Positions 1 through 15,400 of a stretch of 64,000 nt of DNA are shown piece after piece. How positions within the stretch are numbered: position 1 is the stretch's first letter; each line of letters starts with the position of its first letter. A program made the position numbers and the translations under genes. The stretch is taken from positions 35,474,304-35,538,303 of the forward strand of contig NC_092671.1 of NCBI RefSeq assembly GCF_964355755.1, written 5' to 3'. Source of the stretch: Antedon mediterranea. Its lineage: Eukaryota; Animalia; Echinodermata. The notes beneath the pieces are model-generated. The model saw nothing but the letters and a program-made list of their open reading frames with translations. It searched no databases and was not told the origin of the DNA.

Positions 1-458
1 CAGACAGCGTCGTACGGCAAGGCTTTACAAAATATATGCGTTGAATCACGACGAGACGAGTCATTTTAAGTTAACGTTGGGCGTAGTTTTTAGGTCGTCG
101 CGAGAACTGTAAACATGTTTAATTTTCTCGTGACGAGACGACTCGTCAGGCAGTCCTCATCGTACAACGCTGTCTGAGTTGGCCATTATGCAACATTGTA
201 ACACTTTTCTCACATACCCAACGAAAATTGAATTGCATTTATGATTTACAAAAACAAATTAGCAATTTTCATCAATTTGAAATGCTTCGTTCCATCAAAA
301 CTCATTAAAATTGTTTTCATTCACGAATTAAACATAAAACCAAACTTTGTCACTTGTCTTTTATGTTCTCACACTTTTAAAGATTGGATACATTGGTCTT
401 GTTTCTACACCTCACTGATTTTGTATTTTGTTCTATCTATGAGGACCTTTTTACCTAC

Positions 459-3400
459 CGATGTGGTTGCTGCAATGGTGTTGGAACTCTGAGATTGTGA
501 TTGCTCAACCTCTTCTTGAGAAAGTTGTTTACTAAAAAAAAGTGAAAAACAACAAAAATAAGGGTTTGTCTACTTCATGTATATGTAAATTTCATCACAG
601 TCATAACTGTACAACTCTGTTTTACACTGTTGAAAAAAAAAGTGTGATGGTAAATATGGTAGTGATATGTCCAAATATGGTAGTGATATGATATCATCAT
701 ATCCATATATGGGCAGGCACATATTTTTTGTCACATAATGTTGATAGCGTAGACATGAAAAATGAAGATTACTAAAATCAGACTTTAAGTAGGCCATTTT
801 GCAGTTTTAATAAAGTTATGTAGAAAAAAAAACCACAAAAATACTTATTCACTTATAAAAAGGCCAAAGAAACGATTAAATTTAACCAAAAACAATTGAA
901 GTATTTTTGCTTTAAATTACTTTTTTTGCAGGTAAAAAAAAAATCTGTTTTTGGTCAAAGTGAATAATTGACTTTATTGACAATTGACATTAAAATTTCT
1001 TATTCAAAAAATAAAAATTTTTTTTTTTCTGGAAACAGTACGTGTTATACTTACTTAGACGTATCAGCTGTGGTCTCATTACTGGTTTGTTCAGGCTCTA
1101 CTTCTTTAAACCGAATCTCTTCACTGTCCACTATTTCTTTACTCTCTTGCTTTACTTCTACAGTGGAGTCATCGTCTATTACGTCTTCAAACATTGGAGG
1201 TCTGTTTGGTACTAGGTCTGGTTGAGTTTTCGGTCGTGCTCCTATTAAAAAAAAAAAAAAATGAGAATCAATTTTTGTTTATTCATTAATTATCAAAAAT
1301 ATACTGGAATTGTCAATTTATAGATTTACAATAATGTAAATGGGGAATAACCTGCGACTTGCAGCCTACTGGGCTGAATTGCGCACAGGTGTGGACGACA
1401 GATAGCACAATTTTGTACTCTCTTAAGAGTCCCTTGATGTCAAATGCTGCCACAAATGGCGGCCATTCCCTGTAACGTATAATAATTTGACAGAGCCAGG
1501 TGGTCGAAACAGGTAATAATTTAATAATAATAATTGTATTTTGCATCTAGCGCCTAACCAAAATAAAAGCACTACAATCACAATGCTCAAACTAGGTAGA
1601 AAATATGTCATTTCATATGCTATGCAAAAGAGATGGGTTTTCAGCAATTGTTTGATTGATTGATTGATTGTGTGAAGAGCATTCCATAAGAATACAGGTA
1701 AAACAAAGGTAGGTTGTTTATGTATATTGGGCTACTATTACCTAACCATGAAGAATATGCTTACCTGTCGGAATTGTGGGGTCTGAAAGACCTACAGCTG
1801 ATTTGTACGACAGTGGCCTTTCTTGATTGGTTGTCTGCGGGTCCATTATTTCTGAGGGCGCTGTTTTTGAGCGAGGTCGATTTATTGAAGATGAACTGTG
1901 AAAGCTAGTCTGTCCTTTCCTCTTCGATGGTGAATGTTTTAATGCTGTAGAAAATATATTTATAAAATCATTCAATAAATGAAATATAAAAGCTAAAAGA
2001 TATGAATTCTTAGAATTAAAATATTAAAACAGAAAATTTGCAATGTGAAGGATAAATTGTAAAGTGAGTAAAGCTCGGTCTACACTATCAAACTAGTTTG
2101 ACAAAAAAAGTGTGATGTGCCCAAATATGGTAGTGATATGCCCAAACAATATAGTAGTGATATGACATCATTATGTCCATATATAGACATCACATTTTTT
2201 TGTCACATAAAGTTTGATAGTGTTAGACATAGCTTTATGGAATAAATAGGAGAGACCCAGATTTAAAAAGGCTTAGCTACAGGATTTATAATTCCAATGC
2301 AAACACTATTTAAAACAATTGAATTGCAGATTAAAAAACACTTTTCAAGGTTATAATAATAATAATTTAAAGTAAAATTAAATGAATGAATTAAAAATCT
2401 ACTGTGTCTATGGAGAGTGGTACACACCACTTGATAAGTGCAAAGGCATAAATATTTACAATAAGAAATCCATTTTGTGTCTGGCATGCATTTAATAGCA
2501 ATACACTTCTCAGTGGTTTTTATGCATGCAAGTATTTAAAATTAACTAAATTTCTTTGTAAAACTTGGACATGCATACGTATATCAAGTGCCAGGCAGTA
2601 GTTTGACTAGTGTTCAGTACCTGGATAGGAACAAATAGACAATTAAAATTAAAAAGGTGCAGGAGGATTTATCTATTTAAACAGTTGATCATAAGTTTCT
2701 ATTTAAACAGTTGACTATAATAAGAAGGTCTCTAAATTGCAAAATAGTGATCAATTTAATGTGAATTTGGCCAAACACAACAATAACAGAAATAAAATTA
2801 CCATCCATCACAACTGATACAATAGCTTCAGCTGTGAGGGCAGCACAGCATGATCAAACAAACATACACACAAAGCATGATGCATGTTTACGAAAAATAA
2901 AGTGATTTTGCACAAAAAAGAGAAACAAAAACAATCCACAGATTATTTCCAAAATAACAAAAATAAGCCATTCAATATACAGTACAGCACTTATTACGTA
3001 TAGGCATAGGTCCATGGTATAGGTAAGTTGGTCATCTCATTCTTCCCCTTAAAGGCCAATTTATACAGACGAGCGGTGAGCTGAAAAGCGCGTAGCTTGT
3101 CCAACGTAGGGTCTGTATCTATCCTCAGCGGAAAATTTCACTCCACTCCGCGTTGTATGTATGTGAATCTTATGAATTTGGGCAAAGTTTATTACTTTCG
3201 TGTGAACCCTTTGACGCCATGATTCGCGAGAGAATATAACATTATTAGCATTAGTTCGAATAAACTTATGATTGAATTATTTTTATGTAGACTGTTTGTA
3301 TAGTACAGCTCTTGTAAGTAAGATCATTATTTCCATAATTATACCGTACTCCGGGTTGTTGACATTTATAAATTATGTTGTGATTAGCTAGCCCATAAAC

Positions 3401-6400
3401 ATACATAGTACGTCGCAGCCTGTGTTCAGGCGCGTGTAAGGGTGATTCGAGGGCTAGGTGTTCTTGCCCGTATTGCGACGTTGTCCTAGGCGTATGTCAT
3501 TTCGCTAGCCCGTTGGCTAGGCTTTGTTTTATGGATGAATCTATGTTATTCCTTATGACCATTTACATACAATGCAGAGTGAACAGGCGGTTTCCGCTTA
3601 GGATAATACAGAATCTATATGGAATGAGCCACCTAGTTTTCCGCTTGCTGTTACCGCTTGTCTGTGTTAATTGGTCCTTATGCTCATAAATCAGTAACAA
3701 CCAGAATTTTACAAAAAATGCAAAATAATAAATTAACCACAAACACACGTCATCTATGTCATTTCCTACTACTGTACATACAATTTAACCTCTGTTTAAT
3801 TGAGTAAAATTAATACTGAGTTTTATATTGCTAAATCTAAACAGTGACAACATTTAGTCTTCAACTACAAAATCTTTTTTAATCTGCTATTAAAGATGTG
3901 TAAAGAAAAAAAAAAAAAAATAATCATCATTTTTTTCCCTTGAATATGTCATTTTAATGTCACATAATAGTTATTCACTTTGAAAAAAAATTGAATCGAA
4001 AAAAAAAAATGAATTTACCTGAAAAAACTGTAATTTAAAGCACAAAATAGTCATATGGGTTTTTGGTTGAATTTGACAATCTATTGCGTCATTTTATATG
4101 AAAAGACATCAATTTTTTTTAGTTTTTTTTCTGCGCAAGTGATTAACTTTATTAAAACTACAAAATAAGCTATTCAAAGTCTGATTTAATTAATCTTAAT
4201 TTTTCATGTTTTTGGAGGACAATACATCTTTAATATAACTTGGGTTATTATTTATATATCATACTGGACAGTAGAAACAGGCCCATACATACACTCTCTA
4301 TCTTGCCTACAGATTAAAGGATACAATGACTATAGAAAAAACAAGCCTATTTCCTGTCTGTCATTTCTAATCTGCATATTCATTGATCAAACGCTTAAAT
4401 AATCGACGATACATTGTTTTACCATAAATAATGAAAGCTGATCAATAAGTTTGGCATTTCCAATCCTAAAATCTATTCGGCAAAGCTTATTGAAGTCTGA
4501 AGCCAAATACTTTGCATACAACACATGACTACATTAAACTTTATTCATTCTTGTTCTCCCTTCATCCATCATTGAATTGTACCACCATTTATTAGGCCAA
4601 ACAATTTTTTTAAAATTGTTTTGGCCATGTTTTGGGTAAATCGGTAGGTTGGTAGGAAAAGTTCCCCCCCCCCCCCACCAGACCAAAAATGTGTTTCCGG
4701 CAAAAAAATAAACAATGTACACAAATGATGCAAAAAGACCATATTCAAAAACATTTTTAATGTTTTCTTTTCCTAGCACCCTAGGCTCACACTAGCTATA
4801 AATATTGTTTCGGCAAAAGTTTAAAAAAAGTTTATTAAAGAGACATAGGCCTGGGCTGCTAGCCTAGGCCTAGCTAAACCATTTTTATAGCCAAGATAGA
4901 AATAAAAACTATTTCTGTGTTATGCTATATTACACGAGTTTACATATTATTTTAGATGAAAAATACTGAGTTTTATATGTTTTATCATAGTCATTTTTAT
5001 TTCTCTAATGGTATTTAAACAAAAAATTGACACAAACCTGGCATTTTCTTAAAAACTCTATCAAACAAAAATTCTTGAAATCGTTTTGCATAAAAACTTG
5101 GTCGATGTACCGACACGGTGTCACCGTCATGCACCATTGCTTTCCACGTATGCTCTAACTTCTTCTTTAATCTATGAAATAATTTTTTTTTTAATACAAA
5201 TTTCATTAAATTTACGATAAGGAAAAAACTAATACAGATGTAAAGTCAAGGCACTACAAAATATACTGAATTTTAATACTAAAATAAAGTTCAACATTGA
5301 ACTCTTTGGTTAAATATAATTGAACTTTGAACTCTAACCCTTTACATATGACCTTTCACACTTACTTGTAACATTGCAGAATGTCTATAATTCCTAAAAA
5401 TATTAATAATCGGTCACCCTTCATATTCTTTGCTGGAATTCCACCCAAGCTACAAAATTTGAAGTATAAAAATAAACTTGTTATAGATTATACAATTACC
5501 AGTAACATTTTACGAATAATTACATATTTATTTTTATTTTTTATTTTTTATTTTTTATTTATTCGACTTCTCACTAACTCAGTTAGTGAAGGATCTGGAC
5601 CAATAGGTGGTAAACACCTCTAAAACGGTCCAGTCCCAATTTGCACAGTGGCTGTGTGTGACAGTGGCTGTGTTTGTGTGGACTAGTACACCGGGGTAAC
5701 CCCCTACTCGTCTCGAAAGATGTACTAGGTTCTTTAAAGTGCGCATGAGCTATGTGTACACTGGACCTACGGTTTATAGTCCTTATCCGAGAAGACTCGT
5801 TCTACCACCAGAACCATGGAGCGAGTGAGCCTCGAACCCTTGCCGATGTTGTGGCTACGTACATTAATTCAAAATGTCTTTTTATTACTGAGCCACTTCC
5901 TTTATTAATTCTCTCCCCGTTAAATGCAATGTATCTTATTCTTATTCTAAAACCAAGTTTAATAAAGTTATATCTCAAAGATAAACAATAAAATAAGCAA
6001 CATTTGGTACCAATGTCCTTTTATATGAACTTTAAAGTTTTATATTTTAATGAAATTTAATGAGTTTTAACATTTTTCTAATTTATTGTACATGTATAAA
6101 TTTTAACTTTTTACAAATTTGTTTGAGAATTTTAACTTTTATGAATCCTCTTGTTTCTTTATATTTAAATGTTGTATTTTTTTGTATTGCTTTTAAGAGG
6201 GCCCCTTCCAAGTTGAATAAATAATTAAATACAATTCATGATCAGTGACACTACAAAGTGATACTAATGTGACTGCACACACATGTGAAATACTGTAGAT
6301 TGTTGGTGATGTCACAAAGGTTTAGTCCTAATGCACTAGTTAAATTCAAGACTCTAGATTTACACTACAGGCATGAAGGTACAAAATATCTTAATGGCAA

Positions 6401-9400
6401 AAGTATTTGTTTTATGAAACTCTTAATTATGTTCACAAAACACTGTTTTTATCTAACACCGTTAGAGTCACTTGGTGTCACCACCAACAATTTGAAAAAA
6501 CAATTGAAAATGTGTTTAAATGCAATATATATGTTATTATTTATTTATACTGGGTGTCCTCTTCAGTCAAAGACTGGTCTCCTAGAGGGCCTAGTTATGA
6601 TCAATGGTTGTGAGTGACAGTGACTGTGTTTGTACTAGTACACCAGGGTAACCTCCTACTCATCTCGAAAGATGTACTAGGTTCTTTAAAGTGCACATGA
6701 GCTAGATGTGTACATTGGACCTACGATTTATGGTCCTTATCTAAGAAGACTTGTTCTACCACATGAACCATGGAGTGAGCCTCAAACCCTTGCCGATGTT
6801 ATGGCTATGTAAATACGGTTCCACTGTGTAAACCGCTTGCCCACTCACTCACCATGTATATAAAAAAGGAAGGTTAAGAAAAAGAATTTATCCTCATAAA
6901 GTATTCAGAATTTTTAAATCTCAACTTACGATTCTTCCTCTTCCGCTTGATGACCGACTGGTCCCTCTGCTTGGATAGCTTCCCTCGTTGTTGAGAACGC
7001 AGCTACCCTTGGTTTGTTATTCATCGACCGTGTCCTTTGCAAACCTGACGTGTTCTTAGGTTCCGGCGGTAGGTCGTTCACTGCTGTTAATTCAGAGTTT
7101 CTTCTTGTAGACTGAGGCGATTTCTTGCTGGCCGATGTAGTACTAGTTTCTGATGCTTCAACCTTCAAAAACAAGTAAATATATAATTGTAATATTATAG
7201 ATCCAAAGGCAAATTACATGGATGTGGCTGGATCTCAATGGAGATACAAAATAAAATAAGCTAAATCAAACAATAAAGTAAAACAGCCATAAAAATTAGC
7301 AGAGCTTTCGGGCAACATGTTATAAACCTACCTTTTCTTTTTCTGCTTGATCTAAATTATGTATTGCTAACAACAAACTATAGTCCATAATTTTGAAACT
7401 TTCCAGTACCTAAAGAGAAAAAAATTATTTAATTGAAAAACATGGTAAAGAAAAATATTTGTACTTTTAACAAGGACGGAATATCTGAATGTGTGAAAAA
7501 CTAGGAGCTATGCTGGGCCATGTTAAGATTTTAAATAGTGCACAATTGATATTTGTTGTCTTTCTATGCAGTCTGTGGGAACTGTCTCATAACCTTTGAC
7601 CTCTGGGGCCAAGCAACCAATAGACGCAAGTCCAAAGGATTAGAATAATCCATGACACATGACTGTTAATACACATTTCTTTAAAACAGTTGTTCTAGTA
7701 TTATTATAAAAAAAATATACATTCAAAACAATTCTGAGGCAAAAAACCCAGTGGATTATTCGTAAGCATACAACATTTTGTTACTGCATTACAGTATGTT
7801 CTAATGCCACCAGACAACAGTATACATTATACATGTGTGTGTACTGGTATATGAATCTTAAATTCATTAATGCATATGTTTATAATCCATAGTGACTGAA
7901 ATGCATAATGTTTATAATTTTCTGAATTTCAGATGCATTAATACTGTACTAAAAATAAGTTTTAAAACACTTAAGTGAAAATGTTTGTAAGACCTGTTTA
8001 TCGCTAACCCAAATTGAACACGTACCCGACAATCTCGAACCATTGTTTTATGCAATGCATTGTACGTAGAACTGTCTAGTAATAAACCATCAGGGTTCTC
8101 AACAACAAAATCCAAGTCCTTTAGTGTTGGTCTCTTTTTCGCCCTCTCCTGTTTCGAGGCTTTCCTCTTGTACGTTGACCCTTTAAGGTCATATGTCTCG
8201 TGCATTTTCAATTGAGATGGTAATAAGTTATTCATGACGACCAAGCGGATATTCTTTCCTCCGCACTGGTAACAGTAAAGTCCATAAAATTTCGGCAATA
8301 ACGTTCGAGGGTTTTGATAAATATTCTGTGAGAACAAGAAATAACATGTTTTGTTTGTTATGTTTTTATAATAATATTATAACAAAATACATTAATATTT
8401 ACATAGTGTAATCAACCAAATTTCAGCAATTGTGTGGGCAGTCAAAAACCATGACACAACAAATTATGTTATTGTTATAGCACCAGTGTTTAAAATATAC
8501 ATGACATATTCTAAAGATCTGTCTACACTATCAGACTTTCTGTGAAAATGTGATGTGCCCATACAGTATATGAATATGATGATGTCATATCACTACCAAA
8601 TTTACCGAATTTGGGCACATCATATTTGTTTTTGTAAAACTGGTTTGATAGTGTAAACTGAGCTTAAGTTTGAAATATATCATGATGCCTTTAATAAAGT
8701 TTTCAATATTTTTGTTTACTTCCTAGACTATGGGATCAAATATCAATAGAAATACACAGTTCACCAATAATTTCAATTTATTTTATCATTTATTATTATT
8801 ATTGAAAAGAAAATCTAGATCAGCCACTGGAACTCACACAGACTCACTGGAAAACGGATGAAATTCTCTCCAATGTCGTTTCCATAGTCAATCTTGACTG
8901 AAGGATGCCTGATGATGATTAATACTCAGGCAAAAGATACGTATTAAGGTCTGACAAAATACTTCACAATATGTATACAGTGGTTACATTGTATTATACT
9001 GTGTCTAATGTATTCTTGTATTGTATTGTATCGTTTCTTTAAAATGCAAAATTTATTAAGAATTCACTTCCTACTGGTTATTATACACTGGTGGCGTGAC
9101 CAAATTAATAATAAATATTATTATTATTTTAATATTTCATTTACTGTACAGTTTTTCGATCGTAAACAAACTATATGGAGAGGAGTTGTGGCTTGGTGGT
9201 TATGACTGTTGGTGGTGATTATGATGCTTGGCCACCAATCCAAGGGTCTTAGGTTCAAGTCCTGTCATATGTTAGATTTTTTCTAATTGACATTTACAAC
9301 TCCACTCCCAAAGACTTGTAATAAGACTTTGTTTATGTAGAGCATCTTGTGTATATATATGTTTGTCTTGTGAACAGGATTGCCACCTTTAAAAAGGATA

Positions 9401-12400
9401 GTGAATGAATTCGCTTATGGTTATCCTTGGCAATTTGCCTAAATATATAAAAACATACATACAATTAAAAAAATAACACGTACCATGTAATAGCCTGGAA
9501 GCAATTTCTGTAAGAATTCAACTTCTTTATGTTGAATAGTCTTAATAATGAACTCGTCATCATTTGATAGATAAAATAGACTACCACTCGCACCTGGATT
9601 GCTTAACTCCCTTAAACCTTGGTTGCACATTGAAAGCTAGAGAATCAAAAGTAAGGTTAGTTACATAACATACAATGTAAACTGCTTAATTCCCCAAAGC
9701 TCTGTCAACACTTTATCAAACTAGTTTGACAATAAAAGTGTAATGTACTGTACCCAAATATGGTAGTGATATGACATCATCATGTCCATATATGGACACA
9801 TCACATTTTGTTTAATAGTGTGGACAGAGCTTTAAATTGTTGTGGTAAATAAAAAAGCCTACCACATGAAAAATATTAATATTGATCAAAAACACACAAA
9901 ATCTGCAACTGTTTGTTGGTTGGTGTATAAAATACAAAAATTCTTTGCTTGAGAGTGTACGTGTATGGTTAAAAATATGGGTAGCCAAAGGTGTCTGAAA
10001 TAGTAGAGCTACCGAGGAATGACGTCATTTATTGGCAAAAAGTAAATACTCCCAAGTCTAAATTTCACAATAATCTCAATTTAGTTTCATACATAAAATG
10101 TACCAAAAGTTGTTATTTATTTAACCTAAAGAGGACAAGTATCAAGCCTGATAATATCTAATATCTTGAGTCTAGTCATTCATAGAGAAAAGCACTAATA
10201 TCCTATAAAGACAATATCTACTGTACTGTGGCTTTGTTGATAATGAGATTAGTGTTCCCTTTGGCTTGATATCAAAATGACCATGGAAAAAGTATTGCTA
10301 TTATGGTCATATTATTAAGATATTAAATCAAAAATTCTTTTTTTCTAAAGGTAAGAATATATTAATATTTGAAGCACATTGAAGCTAGGAGATTAGATTA
10401 TTATTAATAGCTCCCCTGGAACAAATCCTAGCGTAAAAATTCATTGGTTCTTCTGAAAAAAGTTTATTCCTGAGACAATATATCACATAAAACAAAATGG
10501 CACTGTAGCTTAAAAAAAACAAAAAAAACATGTTTATTATCATGTTTGACATGAGTAAAGATTTATTTTTATGATTGATGTCACATGATAAAGCTTACAA
10601 GTACAACAACAGAATGTTAAAGGATTGTATTTGTCTTATAAATCACGATAAAATGGTATATTAAAATCCTGCAAAGGTAAATCTGAAAAACAAACAATGT
10701 GGGCATTCTAAAACTGATTAAAATTTAAACAAAAGCATAACATTAACAGCCACATGGAAATGCCAACCATTAGTAAACTTTGTTTCTTTTTAATGAGAAT
10801 GAAGGAATAAATTAATGAAATGGCGGTTTTCTTTGTAACATTAAAAATGTGTTTAAATCAAATCTGAGAAAAACAATAATTATTCAACTGTACAGTACAA
10901 CAACCCTTCTTTTGGGACACACCTATTAAAGGGAAACAACTATTATGGGGACAGACCTATTAAGGAGACACACCTATTTTAAGGGAACACACCTATTAAG
11001 GAGACACTCCTATTAGGGGGACAAACTTATTAAGGGGACAGACCTACTAAGGGAACATACTGTACATATTAAGGAGACACACCTATTAAGGGGACACACC
11101 TATTAAGGAGACACCCCTATGAAGACATCTCTATTAAGGGAACATACCTATTAAGGAGACACCCCCATTAGGGGGAAAAACTTATTAAGGGGACATACCT
11201 ATTATGGGGACAGACCTATTAAAGGAACACACTGTACCTATTAAGGAGAAACACATAGGGGACACACCTATTAAGGGGACAGACCTATTAAGGAGACATC
11301 CCTATTAAGGGAACATACCTATTAAGGGAACATACCTATTAAGGAGACACCCCCATTAGGGGGACAAACGTATTAAGGGGACATACCTATTAAGGGGACA
11401 GACCTACAGTATTATGGGGACCTATTAAGGGAACATACCTATTAAAGGGACAAACCTTTAAAGAGGACACACCTATTAAGGAGACACTCTTAAGGGGACA
11501 CACCTATTAAGGGAACACACCTATTAAGGAGACACACCTATTAAGGAGACACACCTATTAAGGAGACATCCCTATTAAGGGAACATACCGATTAAGGGAA
11601 CATACCTATTAAGGAGACACCCCCATTAGGGGGACAAACGTATTAAGGAGACACACCTATTAAGGAGACACACCTATTAAGGAGACATCCCTATTAAGGG
11701 AACATACCGATTAAGGGAACATACCTATTAAGGAGACACCCCCATTAGGGGGACACACCTATTAAGGAGACACACCTATTAAGGAGACATCCCTATTAAG
11801 GGAACATACCGATTAAGGGAACATACCTATTAAGGAGACACCCCCATTAGGGGGACAAACGTATTAAGGGGACATACCTATTAAGGGGACAGACCTACAG
11901 TATTATGGGGACCTATTAAGGGAACATACCTATTAAAGGGACAAACCTTTAAAGAGGACACACCTATTAAGGAGACACTCTTAAGGGGACACACCTATTA
12001 AGGGTACACACCTATTAAGGGTACACACCAATTAAGGAGACACAACCATTAAGGAGACACAACCATTAAGGGGACACGCCTACTAAGGGAAACATCTATT
12101 AAGAGGACACACCTATATAGAATACACACCTACAGGGAAATATTGTCACTACACTACAGTCAACCTCTATTAAAGCATTTCCTCCATGATTAAAGGGACT
12201 CTTTGTTGGGTCCAGAAGGCATCCCCTTTAATATAGGTGTCTACTGTGTTTGTCTGGCATGACTACTTCTAGAACTTCTGTTCTAATTTGTATTACTTCA
12301 GTTGAATGTTCTTTTTATCATGTTCTTATACAAAAAAATAAAGTGTAGTAGTATGATTAGAAAGAAGAAGACTAGACTGATTGTAATGTATCAACATGCA

Positions 12401-15400
12401 CTGTGACAAGGTCACAACTAATGCATTCGAACTGATTGAATTATCATTCACTTCATCTTAAAGTCACTTGAAATGCATTTACAGTAAATTCATTAATACA
12501 TGGATGTTTTATTAAACATAATAGTGTACGCTTAAATGTTCATGGAATATTAAAGATGCACTGCTTATGATAAATTAATTTCGTTTTTTTCTGTTAATTA
12601 GCAACAATATTCTTTTTCAATTTTTAATATGATAACTTAAAGATATATTGTCCCCCTAAAAATATTTTTTTTTTCAATTTTTGTGAATATGCCATTTTAA
12701 TGTCATGTAATAGTTGTTAACTTTGACAAAAACCTGGATCAAAAAAAAAATGATTTACCTGAAAAAATGTAATTTAAAGCAAAAATACTTTAATTGTCTG
12801 TCAGACAATGGTTTTTGCTTAAAATTAACCGTTTCGATTGTCTTTTTACAGAAGTGAATAACTTTATTAAAACTGCAAAATAGACAATTTAAAGTCTGAT
12901 TAAAATTGTTCATGTTTTTTTGCGGAAAATACATCTTTAATGTTATAATCAAAATAAAATTAATTTAAATTTTGTTTTGTCATGTTTTACAGATGATAGC
13001 GACTGTATAAAATTAATCAATTCTTGTCCACTAGACAGTACGTTTTATATTAGATTATATTTTAGATTAAGTGAAAAAAACTAAGTGCTTTTGCAAATTA
13101 AAATAAATTTCCAAAAAATGATGGAATTGAATAAAAATTAAAAAATACTCACTAGAAAGTCGTCTGGTTGAATACCAAATAATTCTCTGAAATGGCGAAA
13201 TGCGATTGGTGCATACGCCTTAAAACGAAAGTCATTATAACGATGTGCTGCCGTCATGTTACTTCCTTCTCTGTTAACAAAAAAAATGTTTTGTTAATGT
13301 TATTAAAAAAACCAGAAAAACTGAAACAGTGACACAATATAAACCACAGATTAGAGAGATGGCTATGAAGATGATGGTAATAAATAATAATAATAATAAT
13401 GTTCCAATTTAATATCAAGAAAAATGCAGGGTGCCTCAAAGCGCTAAACAATAAACAACCAAAAATCAAACAGAACAAAATTAATGATGAAAGTGCAAAT
13501 TAAAAAGGTGGGATTTGAGGAGTTGTTTGAATATGTGAAGAGTAAAGATGTGATGGTTTAATAATAATGATGATGTTTTAGTTATTTTAATATAAAGATG
13601 TGATGGTTTAATAATAATAATGATGTTTCAAAGTAATAATAATGATGATGTTTTAGTTATTTTAATATAAAGATGTGATGGTTTAATAATAATGATGATG
13701 TTTTAGTTATTACATTAGAATTCCATTCTTTTTGTTCTTCTTTCTTCAGCTTATTTTGTGTTCTGATGACATTTATTTATTAACATTAACAATTTAAATA
13801 GCAAATAGCTCAAGAGGAAACCATGGGGCAATGGCCCATCACAGAAGTGGGTACTTCTTGAAGACATAGTTATGTTTTGTTAAAAAACTAACTGGACTAA
13901 AATCTAAAATAAAAAATAGAGGGCGCTATAGAAAATTAACTCATGCATGTAATTTCTATTAAGAATTGTAATGCGCAATAAAAAAAAAAACCAACCCTAG
14001 ATTTGATCACAATTTGGATAGATGTGACTTGGGCAACAACATTTTTTAAGCCTGATTATAATGCTGATTGAAAACAATTAATAATGATGATGCTAATTAA
14101 TTAAAACTCACCGTGGGAAAAATACGCTTTCTACAACCGTGAAATCCTGAAGGAGTACATCCCGTTCAGGTTTTGCAGACAGACCGCCTACAGAATGCCC
14201 TAATCCAAGTTGAATTGCAGACATCAGAGCCGAAGATGTTGTCTTGAATTAAAACCAAAAACATAACACATTATCCAATGCATACTGACAATTTGATATT
14301 ATAATCCTTTATTGCCTTTTAATACAATCATTTTAAAATAGTCGTCAAGAGTAGATGATTTCAATAAATAATGTGAGATTTAGACACACTATGACAACAT
14401 CTGCATTCTTATACTGTATTCAGAAATATTTGCATAAGTTAACGGCATTTCACTTGTAATTTCTTTTGACGAGAATCAAAGCAATTGTTTTGCATTGACA
14501 CAAATAAAAATGAGGACATGGGAGTTTTCTTAGAGTCTGTGAAGATTATGCAGATTCTATAATCTACATAGTATTCACACATAATCAATTGAATAACATT
14601 ATTTCTTTCCTACATACAATTTGCAGGCACTGAAATAAAGTTATACTGTTATACATGTTATTTTATTATAATATTCTCACTTGCACTGATGAAGGGCTAG
14701 TATTGCCCGAAAGCTCCGCTATTTTTTCTCTGCCTGTTTTACTTTATTGTTTTGACTAGCTTTTTGCTTATTTTATTTTGTATCCATTAAGGAGATCCAG
14801 CCATTGATACCCACAGCATTGTCATTTTTTCAGTAATTTGCCTTTGGATTTATATAATATTCTAGAAATTAACATTACAAATATGAAACTAATAATAATA
14901 AAACATTGTTAGAGTATAAATGACTTATTTATAAATATTTAATTTTGTAAATTCAAAGGAAATTATACTGCTATTATAAATGCTAAATGAGGATTTAAGC
15001 TAAAACAGAAGAATATTCAAGTTTTGTGAATTTGGAGTAATTTCCATGCAACATTATTCATGTTAAAAATAAAAGCTGAAGCACTGCTCATTTTCTGAAA
15101 CGGAATGACCGGTCTGAGAGTCAAAGTTTATCTTTAAACTGTGGTCATTCCTAATTGGCTTCTCAGACTATTTATTGTTGTAATTTATTTTATTGTTAAA
15201 ATAGAAATGTTACAAGAATAATTCTGTTTTCTTTGAAATTGTCTTTTCTTATTTACAGTATATACGTCAGTCAATCTTACTGACATAAATTGTAAATGTT
15301 TGGGGTTGTTTTAAAAACTCAAATTTTAACCTGTATTTCATATATTCTAGGATTTTTTTTATTATATATGCATTTTCAGCCCAAATTATTCCTTAAAGTT

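Noticed and set aside
10912-12135. CRISPR-like appearance of regular short repeats (also 31140-31685 and 43060-43255)
   Set aside because: No unique spacers, no cas genes and a eukaryotic context; these are simple tandem repeats.
13545-13712. AT-rich local tandem duplications (also 16190-16320, 17760-18150, 53190-53470)
   Set aside because: Ordinary intronic or intergenic slippage duplications with no further structure.
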